64,000 bases of DNA from NCBI GenBank assembly GCA_943704425.1, contig CALSCP010000408.1:82211-146210 (forward strand), read 5' to 3'. Below the pieces are notes generated by a model, which had not been told where the DNA came from, ran no database searches, and saw only the letters and a list, made by a program, of their open reading frames with translations. Of the stretch, positions 24,501 through 37,872 are shown piece by piece (within the stretch, counting starts at the first letter, position 1; every line of letters begins with the position of its first letter). The position numbers and the translations under genes were made by a program. This DNA comes from Ministeria vibrans ATCC 50519. Taxonomy: Eukaryota > Protista > Filasterea.

Positions 24501-26033
24501 GACGTTCCTCTTTCTCTCGCTTGGCCAGATCAGCATTATGACTATTGGTCTCGTTGGATCCACTATTGCCGCCGAGTGGGTCATTGGCTTTGGTGCACTG
24601 CTGGCTGTTTCCTTTCTCTTCTACTCCGTTCTCGAGCGCCACCTCGAGGGTCTTTTCCCGTTCGTGGCCACCTTTGTGCAAGGATCGCTTTTCTTTGCAT
24701 TCAACATGCGCACCACTGCATCAGCTGTGTCCAAAGCGGTGCGCACGGGTCTCGCAGAGTACGTGAGCACGGGCCGTCCGCTGCCGTACGAGCGACCCTC
24801 GCTCGTCGACCTGTACCACTACTACCGCACGCCCGCTTACTGTCGCGCCATCAACATTCTCATCATGTACATTCTCTATCGTGGCCTCGTCGACGAGTCA
24901 GGCGGCTACCTTCCCATGTTCCTCCCACTCATCGCCGTCAGCACGTTGCTCCTTCTCCCCATTCTGTTCTCTCCCTTCCCCGCCTCCTCCATTTCCGCCG
25001 TCCAAGACGCCTTTCTCTTTCTTTTTCGCTACAACGCCAAGGACGACCGTGACAACGACGAGGTACCCAAACGCATTCGATGTTGTTATTATAATTATTA
25101 TTATTAATTTTATTGTTATTGTTATTGCATTATACTTAATATTATTATTATTGATTTTCTCTCGCATTGATTGGTGTTGTTTAATAGCAAAAGAAAGCGC
25201 GGCTTGCAAACGCGAGTGAAGGCGCCACTCTGTTTGAGAAGGGCCGGCGCGAGATGCGCAGTGAGGTTGCCATGGACCATTGGGTTTACTGGCCGACGCG
25301 AGTGCTCTTTGAGCTCGCCGCTTGTCTTGTGCTCTTTTCCGTCGCCTACTCCAGCTTCATTGACTACCTCTTCTTCTGGCTACTTGCTCTTGAGATAACC
25401 ATCATTGTGACAGTGCTTCGACGATTTCGGCCCAACTCGTTCACTCACTTGTTGTTTCTTCTCGCGCCCATTCTTACTCTGTTGTTGGCGCCCGTCAACT
25501 TTCTGGCCTTTCCCATTCTTGGCATTGAGCTACTCTACAGCGGTCTCCTGTACGCCTCTGCAACACGGCTGATCATTTCGATCTTTCAGCTGGTCCTCAA
25601 AGCGTTTGAATCCATCTTGCATCCGCGTCGCGTGCGCCAGCGACACGCCGCGCTCAACCAGTGCGATGGCACACTGCGGTACGTGACGCTAAACGATCTC
25701 CATGATGGGCTGGATCGTGCTGCACGCGAGGCGCACGAGCCATCGCCCCTTGTGCTTAGTGCCATGGACTTTGTCTTTGAGGCTAGCATGCTGTTTCATC
25801 TTGAGTGGCTCCGTGCTCTCGTTGTCTTCTCCATCCAGAGCGCCCTGCTCCTCGTCATGGCGCTTCTCGATCTGCTGCTAGGCCTCCCGTCCGCCCTCTA
25901 CTTCCACACTCCCTTTTTCCTGGGTGGCGCTCTTTTTGGACGCTTCTCCCTTGCTCCCCTCCGGCGTCAGGTTGCCGATGCCGCCGACGCGCGTGACCGC
26001 CGACTCCCCAAAAAGCAAATTGGAAAGCGATAA
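18505..26033 (+). CDS. 1,3-beta-glucan synthase (GT48, FKS/callose-synthase family) with N-terminal signal peptide and GH-like TIM-barrel domain
   Basis: GT48 motifs WASFRSQTLARTIRG, GKPANQ, MDANQD..SECLRLP, IGSRE, ETFGSLTQR, RLHYGHPD, GGLAKG...LSEDVTTG, KGRE, QFFDKIAMG; many TMs; exons ~18505-18878, 19107-25062, 25188-26033. Confidence 0.9.
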
Positions 26034-26663
26034 ACAACATAATTATTATTATTATTTTATTATTTTTATTCCCCTCCTATCATCAGAGAGAAAAGTGCTG
26101 TGTTCTCCTTCTTTCAGTTTGTAATCATTGCAATTGCCTCACTGATACATGGTTGTATCAATTGCACTTGTGCTCGCGTGAAGTGCCTATCAGACGTAAA
26201 ATATTGATTAGCAGAAGAACAATGCAACCAAAAAAGCTCGGATTCTATAGTAATACTAAGGAGAATTTGTTGATCTATAGGCACTCCATGTGTTGGGGGT
26301 TAGTCTACGGCAGAAGTATTACATTGCTCTTTATTGTAATGAATGTCAAGAAAAACTTTCATTTCACTTCATATAAACAAACAAAGATAATATTATAATA
26401 TTATAATTATAATACATTTCTATTAGACAGTGAGTATTAGTACTATTATAAAGTGTTGTGCTGCCCTTTGTGTTGTATATAGTTTTGTTTTGACATTGAG
26501 TACAGCTCTTGATTCTCTATTTATTTTCCTATTACAAAGAATAATAATTTTATTTGTTGTCTCTCCGTTCAGTCGTTCTCTTAGGTTCGATCTACGGTGG
26601 ACCAGCAGACGGCAACCGCGCCCTCTCCCCTCCCCCCCCCCCCCCCCCCCCCCTCTCCCCGCC

Positions 26664-27434
<771 letters not shown>

Positions 27435-27445
27435 TGATCTCTTAC

Positions 27446-28212
27446 GCGATCGTAGACGGCGTTGATGTAGAACATGTCGAGGTTTGCGTCAGGTAACAAC
27501 TTGTCGACTTCGCTGACAAACGTTGCGCCATAGTCGTCGCTTCGAAACAGCGTCGAATTCGCCGAGTCCCACGCCATGACAATGATCACCGACGAGTTTC
27601 CCACCCAGTCAATGTACATTCGTCGTGAGAGCTTATCCACAAACTCAAACTAGGAAAAAAAAACAAACCAAAATGAACTTGATGAAAATTGAACCATAAA
27701 AATACAGAGTGACAAGTCACCGCAAGCGGTGTAGAAGAGAAACAGGTCAAAGACAAGCAGCAAGACGCCATCGACAAACGGATTGGCAGCGAATGTCATA
27801 AATCAGACGTTTCGTGGGAAAAAAAAAAGAGAAAAAAAGGGCAAAAGTATTGAAGAAGAAACAATAGCAGGAAAGACGGGGCAGAAGAAGTGAGGAGAAG
27901 AAGGGCTGGAGGATGGGTTGAGGGTACCTCGTGTTCGGTGATGGCAACCGGGGCGCGCTGGGTGCGGTGTACGAGGGACGCGAAGGGTTCGACCAACGCG
28001 TCGCGGTCGTCACTGGCGTCGATGAGGTCGCCGCGGGCGGCATACTGCATGCGGTCGCGTGCGGTTGCGCCGTGGTGGATGGCAAAGGCTGCGCCGCTGG
28101 AGGGGGCCGATGGGGACTGCGAGAGAGGAAGTTGGACATATTCGGACGAAGCCGCAATTTGACAGACGAGAGCGAGTACACACGCAGCGCCCAGCGGGAT
28201 TGCGTGCCTCAT
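27446..28212 (-). CDS. VPS10-domain receptor (sortilin/SorCS-like), 5' exons only
   Basis: Signal peptide MRHAIPLGAACVLALV, furin-like RTQR, then IDWVGNSSVIIV and the BNR/Asp-box LFRSDDYGATF; truncated at a GT donor that runs into the microsatellite. Confidence 0.75.
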
Positions 28213-28457
28213 CGACTGTGGAGAAGTGATGATGAACAAGAAGAAGCAAAACTTGGAATGATCAATGACGAGGTGACGGACACAACGCTGTCAACGAGAT
28301 CGCTCCGCAGTGAATGAACTCTCTGATTATATTTTTGGGTGTCCCGATCAATTATCTAACTGTCAACTGACCTGATAAGTGATAACAGATTGATTCACAT
28401 TTATTGAGTTTGACGGTACAGCCTGAGTCCAAGAGTCAACCTGTTGTGCACGCCGTC

Positions 28458-31400
28458 ATGATGCCGTGGCCTGTCCTCCTGCTGGTGCTTCTTGTCCACG
28501 GCGTCGGCGCTGGCAATTGCGGTGCGCGACAAGTTCTCACCTCAACGCACGGCCTGCTCGGCGACGGCCCATTAAACTACGCCAGCCGAGCCGCCTGCGA
28601 GTTTCACATTGTTGGTGGAAGCTCCCTGGCGGGTGCGCCCAACGCCATTGTGCTCACTTTCGGCTCGTTTGCCACCGAGTGTGCCTACGACTTCCTCTTC
28701 GTGTACGACGGCGATACCTTTGGCGCTCCGCTCCTCGCCGCCTTCACAGGCAACCAGGTACGCTGCTGGTTCATCGCCACTACAGACGACGCGTTTCCTC
28801 CTCTCAAATTCTCCGTCGTGTGTCTTACTTTCGCTTCTCTCTCTCTGTATCACTTTGTTCCATTCTCTCTCTCACTTTGTTTCTCTCTCTATCACTTTGT
28901 TTCTTTCTCTCTATCACTTTGTTTTTCTCTCTCTCTATCACTTTGTTTCTTTCCCTCTCCTCTCTCTCACACTCTCTTTTCATCTTGCCTCCTTGCAGCT
29001 TCCGCCTATGGTCGTTGCGCGCTCAGGTCACATGCTCGTGTACCTGTACGGCGACGTCAACTACAGTCTTGACGGCTTCTCTGCCGAGTATTTTGTCTCG
29101 CCCTGTCCCCTCAATTGCTCCGACCATGGCGTGTGTCTGAGCAACGGTGTCTGTCAGTGTGACCCCGATCGAACAGGCGAAGCGTGCGAAATCGAGCGAT
29201 GTCCCAATGACTGTGGTTCGCACGGCGCCTGTGTGCAGGGTCGATGTTCGTGCCACGCAGACTATGCGGGTCCCTCGTGCAATGTGAGCGACTCATCCTT
29301 GTTTGTGTGGTCACCACTCATGAACGGTCCCGCGCGAGGCGACGCCGAATTGCCCGCGCGTGCTAAACACGCCATGACGTATCTGGACGCCGACGATGTC
29401 GCCATTGTCTTTGGTGGCCATGGTCTGTCGCAAACATTCAATGACGTGTGGATGTTACTTGTGAGCTCACTCAAGTGGCGTCTACTCGCGCCGACCACAA
29501 CAGCTCAGCCCGTCGCTCGTTACGCGCTCGGTTTTGCGCCGCTTTCAAGTCCCTTTCCCGCCTGGCTCGTGTCCGCTGCCACATCCTCGCCCACACACAT
29601 ATTTATTGCGTTTGGAGGATTAAATGGCACTGCATGGCCTCTGGGCGATGCCTGGCTCATGACACTGAGCGCTACGCCTTCCGCGAGCAGCGCCTCCTCC
29701 ATTGAGTGGCACGAAGCGGCGGCTGCGCCCGAACCACGGGCGGGCCACTCGTGCACCGAGGTGCCCGATGGCCGCGTCATTGTACTCGGGGGTTCGACAA
29801 CGCGCGCAGCTTATGCTTTTGGGAGCCTCGAGTACACACCGACAACGAACGCGTGGCGGTCGCTTTCGCCCATCGGCACTGGACCCGGCGGCCTCTATGG
29901 GCACTCGGCGTTGCTTGTCGAGCACTTGTCCGCCATCCTCGTGTTTGGTGGCGCATCGCCTGTTACCGCGTCCTTCTCGCTCACGACCGATGCTCTCTAC
30001 TTGTATCACTATGGCGAACACCGTTGGACTTCCATTGTCCCGGCGGGCGACACCTTCCTGCCTGTCACCAATGTGATGCCTACCGCTCGGTCGTTTGCGG
30101 CCGCAGCCATGCTGACACCAACGCGTCTGATTGTCGCCGGCGGCTACGAGCATCGGCATTGGCTTGATGAAACGTGCTATGGCAGTGACACATTCATGTT
30201 TGACCTCGCTTGCGGCACCTGGGTGAGATACTCGGAGCCGCTGGCGCGTACCATTTTGCCTGTCGTGCCCCAAGGATTCACCTTTGCCAACGGCACCCTC
30301 TCAAGCGTCCACTATGCAGCGGAGTGGGGTCGTTTTGGACACACGGGCTTTGTACGACAACGCTCGTCCGCCAATGGAGCAACACGGCCCGCACAATTTG
30401 TGGTCCTTGCCGGATTTTCGGGGGTTGCGCGGCACGATATTTCCTTCATGAATGTGCCCTTGAACGCCTCACACTCGTGCACACAGTTGCCGCCGACCGC
30501 ATCCAACTGCTATGCGGACACCGAGTGTTCGTGGTGTGCGCGGAACAGCTCTGATGTGGGCGTCTACACGAATGGAACGTGTCTCGCTGGCGAGACTGCC
30601 GCTTGGCTCGAATGCGATAGCGAGGCGTCCACCGCCAACACCAGTGTTGCGCTGCTGACGCGTGTGTGTGCCGATCCCTGCAGCAACACTCACTCGTGCA
30701 TCGAGTGTGCCCAGAGTGTTGCCTGCGGCTGGTGCGGTGGCTCGGCCACCTGCATGGCTGCGAGCGATCTGCCCACGGAATGCTTCAGTGTAAGAGTGAC
30801 GTCGACCGACGCTTGTCGTCTAGAATCGCGCACGAATGGCACATTGTCATTTGAGCGATGGGACAGCATTGGCGGTATTGGTATGTATGCGTTGCAGACG
30901 GCCGCCTCCTTCCCACTGTATCCAACGCTCACGGGTCGCTTGAGTGCCTACGACACAGGCACACTGCCGCAGAATACAGGCGCACGACTGCGCGGCTTCA
31001 TTGTTCCGCCCGTCTCGGGCACTTACACATTTGCCGTGGCTGCCGACGACACTGCCGATCTGTACTTGTCTTCAAGTCCCTTTCCGACTGCGGTGGAGAC
31101 AGCGACGGTGATAGCGAGTGTGCCAGGCTGGACACACGCGAATGAGTATGACAAGTACTCAGCGCAAATTTCACCTCCTCTCATCCTTCAGGCGAATCGC
31201 TGGTATTACACCGAGCTGCGCGTGAAGAATGGCGTTGGTGACGGGTTTGCCACAGTCGTGTGGACTGCGCCCGCAAGCAGTGGTATTTCGCCCGATTCGA
31301 TTGTTGGCAATTCGTACATTTGGCCGTGGACCAGTGGCAACTGTTCCAACTTACCTACATGCGGTGCGTGTGCCGCCGATTTTGACTGCGGTTGGTGCGT

Positions 31401-34400
31401 GACCACGCATACGTGTGTCGCACGCCTCAGCACGGCAGCGGAAACTTGCGGCACGTCGGCGCTGGCAATGGACGCGAGCGAGTGTGAATCGTGTACGCAC
31501 GAGTATCGTTCGTGCGACGAGTGCGCGTCGCGTCCTACCTGCGAGTGGTACGCTTCACGCGGCTGCCAACCGCGCTCGTCGGCTGTGGACGTGTCGCCCT
31601 CGACGGGCATTCGACTCATCTACCGTAACGTCAGTCAGTGTGAGGTGCCCTGTCGTCTGCGACCCAACTGTGCCTCGTGCGCCGACACGGCCACTGCATC
31701 GCCGTGCTACTGGTGCGAGAGTACCAACTCATGTGTAGATCAGGCTAGTTTTACATCGCTCTATCCGCTCGGCCAGTGTCGCAGCTGGGTGTCGACTGGA
31801 CGTGCAAGCCAGTGTCCCAATTGCACACGACACGACTCATGTGCGTCGTGTATCGACAACGAGCAGTGTGGCTGGTGTTTTGACGCCTCGTCGCCAGCAC
31901 GTCCAGGACACTGCGTCTTTGGTGCGCTTCTTGGCTCGACCCTCTGTCCGGCCACTACCACCCACACCACCGCCAGTAATAGCACAGCGATGGTGACAAC
32001 GACAATTGTGCGATCTTGGGCCTACACGTCGTGCCCCGACATTGATGAGTGTGCGGCGGGCCTGGCGCTTTGTCATGCGAATGCAACGTGCACGAATCTG
32101 CCCGGTTCGTTCTTGTGTGAGTGTCTGCCCGGCTACACTGGCACGGGTGTACATTGTGTGCCCGTCTGCTCGCAGGGATGCGCCAGTGGCGGTGGAGTCT
32201 GCGCGGCACCCGACGAATGTGTGTGTCACGATGGTTTCCACTCGGCCAACTGCTCGCAGGCGTGCATCTGCAATGGCCATGCCAGTTGTGATCCAGTCAG
32301 CGGTGTGTGCCATGCGTGTCGCGACAACACCGAGGGTGGTTCGTGCGAGCGGTGTCGCGCCGGGTACTTTGGAGACGCGCGTGCGGGCGGTACCTGCTCC
32401 CCCTGCGAATGCGGTGTGTACGGCGACGAGTTGTTGGGCCTGTGCTCGCCAGTGACTGGCGATTGTTTTTGCCGTGCACCCGCGACGGGCGTTCTCGGAT
32501 GTGATGCATGTCAGACCGGCTATTATGCCGTGCGCAATGCAACATCAACCCAGTTGTTGCGCTGTGTGGCGGCGTGCGACGAGCGGGTTCAATTAGTGCA
32601 GCAGTCGGGCTACTTGGGCACAGGCAAGGGACAGTACGATCCCATGAGAACGTGTCAGTGGGTAATTCAGCCGGCGGGTCGGGCCAATGTCACAGCAACC
32701 GCCTCCCAATCGACCGTGATACGTTTGACCTTTCGTCGTTTTGCAACAGAGTGCTCCTACGACTATCTCTTTCTCTTTGACGGTGACTCGGTGCGCGCCC
32801 CTCGACTTGGCTCCTTTTCGGGCACCGGACTGCCCGCGCCTGTTGTTGCCTACTCAGGCGCATTGCTGGTTCGCTTTTATTCAGACACGAACTTTGTTCT
32901 GGACGGATTCGAGGCGTTCTACGAAGTGGTTCCGCTCGCGAGCGTCGCCTGTCCTCAAGACTGCGGCAAGTATGACGGGCGTGGCGCGTGTAGCGACGAT
33001 GGTCAGCGATGCGAATGTGCGTCCGGATGGAGTGGTGCGGACTGTGGCACGGTTTTCAATGGCAGCACAGGTGGCACGGTTGCAGCAGCTCGCAATGTGT
33101 CCCAAGTGGGTGCTTGGCAGGCGCTCACCGTCGGACTTTTGGCTCGTGCGAGTCACACCGCCACCTACCTTGCCGGCGACGATTCGTTGGTGATCCTCGG
33201 CGGCTATCTCCAGCGATCACAGAAGGTGTTGTGGCACGCGCAACGGTACAGCTTTGCTCGTGATGAGTGGCAGTGGATTTTGCATGGTGCACACGAGCCG
33301 AGTGCGCGCTACTCGCATGCCACGGTGGCACTCGCTCCCACGCGACTTCTTGTCTTTGGTGGTGAAACGTCAAACTTGACGACCAGCGACGAGATGTGGA
33401 CGTACGAAGGTGGATCGGGCACGTGGAGCGACCACACGTCCACGCTGCCTCCGCTGGGTTCGCCAAATCGACCGCACGCCGTGTCGGGTCACTCGCTCAC
33501 GTATGTGCCAGCCAGCTCGAGCGTATACCTCATTGGTGGCACGTCCGACATCTATGGCTACACGGCGTCCATGTTTCACCTGGACACGGATCGGCTCGAG
33601 TGGACGCGAGTGCCGGAGCCCGTCTCGGGCGGACTACACCCGGGAGTGTTTGGTCATGCGGCGGCCGTTGACCTCGTCAGCGAGCGAATCTACGTGTCGG
33701 GTGGTCTGCGCTCATCGGGCACCTCTTCTTTCAATACCGATGCGCTCTTCATCTACGCTTATCGCACCAACGAGTGGCGTCGTGTAGCACCGCGCTCCGG
33801 CGACAATTTACCGCCACACTATCTGGCCACGAGCGTCTGGCACGACGGACGTTTAGTGCTTGCGGCCGGCAGTACGTTCTCGCACGGTCTTCAGTACCCC
33901 TGCTATGCCTCCGATGTACTCGTATACACGCCCGAGTGCAACTCCTACCAGACCCTAGCGCGACCGGCGAACGCGACGGGTCCCACGCTGGCAGGTAGTA
34001 TTGGCAGTGCGGGTGCACTGCGTGGCGACCAACTGATTGTCTCGGGGGGGTTTGCGGGCGTTTCTCAGGCAACCTCCTTGGCACTGCAACTGCCGCGTGG
34101 CGACGAGTGGTGCTCGACGCATGACGTGGCCACGTGCGCGACCAATCCAAGTTGTACGCTTGCCAGAGAACATGTCAATGGGACGCTCACGCGCCAGTGG
34201 TGTCTGTCGGTGACCGCTTCGCGTGCGCTGCCGTCGTCGCCCTTGCTGACTTTCTTGTCGTACGAAAATCAGACGGCGTGTGACCCAACCCCGTGCAACC
34301 AGTTGTTCTCATGCGACACATGCACCGCAGCGACTGGCGTCTCCTGCGGTTGGTGTGTTGGTGCTTTGGCGTGCATGGAACGTGATGGCGCAGTGGCGTC

Positions 34401-36546
34401 CGCCTCGAGTGTCGGCTGTCCCGCGTCAACCACGTTTGTCACGACACCTCAAGAGTGTTTTGACAGCGGGTCGTGTCGCACGTCGGTTGATTGTCGCGAC
34501 TGCAACGACCGCTCGGGGTGCATTGCGAGCAACCAGTTCCTATGCAGCTCGACACAGGAGACGCCCGCGCCAGTTGCCGTCACGTGTAACCCCACATGTG
34601 ATTCGCACGCGACGTGTGGCGAGTGCACGTCCGGCTCGAATGACGAGTGTGCCTGGTGTGATGCGACGTCCAAGTGCATTCGTTTTGACGGCTACCTCGG
34701 CCTTCAGGTGTACGGCCAGTGCTTGGCTTGGACCCGCACCGCATCCCAGTGTCCCAAGCCGTGCGCAACGCACACAGACTGCGAGTCGTGTGGCGAGCAA
34801 GCTGAGTGTGGCTGGTGTGCTGAGCCGGGAGTGTTGGGACGTGGTGTGTGCATGGACGGCGCGGCGAGTGGTCCGGCGACGGCAGCGCAGTGTACGACAC
34901 CCAACAACTGGGCGTACACCACGTGTCCCGACGTTGATGAGTGTCTGCTGGGCACGGCGACGTGCGCAATGAATGCGACGTGTGCCAACCTGGTGGGCAG
35001 CTACGAGTGCACTTGTGATGCGGGATTTTCGGGCGATGGACTGAGTGTGTGCGAGCCGGTGTGCTCGCAGGGCTGTTCGAATGGTTTTTGCCTTCAGCCG
35101 GACGTGTGTCAGTGCTTTCTGGGCTACCGCGGGTACAACTGCTCGGACGACTGTGGCTGCAACGGCCACAGTCATTGTGTGCGTGCTAATGAGTGTCTGC
35201 AGTGTCTCGATCACACGACGGGCGCACAGTGCGACGAGTGCGAACAGGGTTATTTTGGGACGGCCATTGGGGGCGGACTGTGCCAGTCGTGCGAGCAACT
35301 GTGCCATGGCAATTCTGCAAACTGTACGGGAGGTGCGAGCGGCGGTACGTGCGTGAACTGTGCGAACCAGTCTCGTGGGGACTTTTGCGACGAGTGTGTG
35401 GCGGGCTACACGCTGTACCGCGCGGCGCACATCAAGACGGTGCCGGGAGAGTGCCACGCGTGTCCATGCAATGGCCACTCGACGACTTGCGATGGGCGCA
35501 CGGGGGTGTGTTCGCAGTGTCGCGACGGCACTCAGGGAGTTCATTGTGAGCAGTGTCAGGAGTTGCTCGTGGGCTCGGCACTGAATGGTGGTCGGTGCTT
35601 TCGCACCTCCACGCAGGATGTTGCACCGAGCGTGGGTCAAGAGCTTCTCAATGGCGAGCAGATGTCGGTGGTTCTGTCGCCTCAGTTCCACGACACGCCT
35701 GTGCGCGTGACCGTCGATGTGCGGGCGGGTGGGCGTGTGGACTTGGTGACGGCGATGGACGCGCAGCTGTCGCAGGTGGTGTCGCGTCTGTATAATGTGG
35801 AGCGTCGCGTAGACACAATGATTCCGACGAGTGTCTTTGAGGGCGGTGGACTCGTCTTCGTCGATGTGACGGCGCTCTCACAGGCAACAACAGTGCGCGT
35901 GTACTTTACGCAGTCGTCCTCCGAGATCAACCTGGTTCTCTTCTTCACCGTGTTCTTTGCCAGTTTCTTCTTCCTTCTTCTTGTTGTGGTGGCCATGGGA
36001 CGCGCACAGATGCGCCGAGTAAACATTGCGCGTGCAACGGCGCGCGAACAGGCGATACTGCGGCTCGCCGAGCGGCCCATTGGCCAGGTGTGGCTCCTGC
36101 TAGGCAGTGCGTTTGACCATGCGCAATGGGTACATCGCTTGGGCTCGATGGCGCATCAGCCGCTCGCCAAGGACCTGCAGGTGGCAGCGCACACGTACTT
36201 TGTGGAGCACCCACATGAGAGAGCGAGTGCGCGGCCCATCTCTCTGGGCACGGCGCTGTTGCGCACGCCGCCACCGGGATATGGAGTCAAGTCGCCCATG
36301 ATTGAACGACGAGATATTGCAGTTGAAGAGGTGGCACGTTCACGACGACGGTTGAGTGCAACGGAGGCAGTGGCAGCGCTGGGCACGAGTGGCGAGGGAG
36401 ACGAGCGCCACCACGGAGAGCGAGACGACTTGGACGCGATAGATACGGGTGGGCCCTCTTCTCTTGTGGACTCTTCTGGCGACGACGCTGATCAGATGGA
36501 GTTGTCTCTTATTACCGGTGGGGACTACTACGAGTCGTCAGTGTAA
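28458..36546 (+). CDS. MEGF8: MEGF8/attractin-family type I receptor (CUB-EGF-Kelch-PSI-PA14-EGF/LE-CUB-Kelch-PSI-EGF/LE-TM)
   Basis: Two CUB domains (FATECAYDFLFVYDGD; FATECSYDYLFLFDGD), two Kelch blocks, many CGWC PSI repeats, Ca-EGF (DIDEC, DVDEC), laminin-EGFs, TM INLVLFFTVFFASFFFLL; a single intron ~28758-28998. Confidence 0.92.
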
Positions 36547-36684
36547 CATGATTATACTTTTGTATGAAAAAAAAGAATAAAAAAATCAATAATTTTTTCA
36601 ATTATTTCTGATTTCAAGTGAATTCAATGTGACTATTGTCAAGTGTCAACTTACAACTAACTTTTTTGTTGCTGTGTGATTGGC

Positions 36685-36896
36685 ATGCAAGTGCAAGCAA
36701 GAACTGCCTCGGTTGCTGTGATTGTCACGTTTGCCCTCGGCATGTGGGCTGGCTATCGTCTTGCGCTGCTGCGGAAGCAAGTACCGTTTCTCATTGAGCC
36801 GATTGTGTCATCTGACTCTCTTCCTCTCTGATTCTCCGTGTGCAGTGGGCCAAGGTGAAGCTTGAAAAGGCCAAGAAGGACTACAACCGACTCTGA
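36685..36896 (+). CDS. MTLN: 48-aa mitoregulin-like single-pass microprotein (2 exons)
   Basis: Exon 36685-36780, GT-AG intron 36781-36845 and exon 36846-36896 give MQVQARTASVAVIVTFALGMWAGYRLALLRKQWAKVKLEKAKKDYNRL, matching the mitoregulin pattern VxxRTxxxxVxVxFAxGxxxG[WY]xxxxLR plus a basic tail. Confidence 0.75.
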
Positions 36897-37299
36897 TCCG
36901 AAAGAGATTGCTCGTTTGGGTGTGCGAGCGCTGTCAAAAAGAGAATGTTCAATGAATGAATGTAACAATGTATCTCAGCGCAGAGCCCCATCTGCCCCCT
37001 TCCAGTCCCTCGGTTCCACTGCTAGCTCATCTCCTGAACGACCCTCCCTCACTTTCATGTCGGAGGGGGTTATATCGTAGCGCAGAGTGTTCTGATCGGC
37101 AATAAATGACATCTCATTAGTTAAGAGGGAAGAGCAAAAGACCATCACACCATTGCAGTCTCTGCAGATTCTGCCTTCGTGGATCATCAAATTAACTAGT
37201 TAATCGCTCGAGTGAGTCGAGTCTCGATCATCAGTCCATCTGTCGCAAAATTTACTGTGTTACATATTGTTTGATTCTGCCAAGAAGAATCTCGACACA

Positions 37300-37589
37300 T
37301 CAATAGGCACATAAATGCTTCGTAATGAGTCGACTAATAATCTTTTGGGCGGACATCCCGCCGATTTCGTCGATCTAAGGACAAAAATCTGGTGAGAAGG
37401 TAAAAAGACAAAAGCTGCTATGGTACAATAACAATAGTATTAACATGTAACAACGACACCACAACAACACTGACCTTCTTGCCAGCCTTATACACAAACA
37501 CAAGGGGCACGGCGGCTATGCAGAGATCACGGCCAAGTTTTGGAAGCTGCCCAATGTCAACCTGCAGACAAAAAGCGGTCAGAAAGAGT

Positions 37590-37626
<37 letters not shown>

Positions 37627-37872
37627 AGAAAGGTCAAGAGTGAAAATATCAAAATAATATCAAATATCAGAGAGACTCAGGAGGTGTCCTGGTGCGGATA
37701 CCTCGACGAAGGTGGCCTTGTCGCCGTGTACATCGGAAAGTTCGTCGAAAGGCTGCTGCATCAGCGTGGCGGGAGTCGAGAACGAGCCGGTAAAGCTGAC
37801 AATAACAAGATCGTGTCCGAGGATCAAACGATCAAACTCCTCGGCAGACGAACACAGCGTTGTTCCAGGCAT
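37300..37872 (-). CDS. Thioredoxin-fold protein lacking the CxxC motif (3 exons)
   Basis: EEFDRLI..DLVIVSFTGSFSTPATLMQQPFDELS..ATFVEVDI..AAVPLVFVYKAGKKIDEIGG; WCGPC is replaced by FSTPA. Confidence 0.8.
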
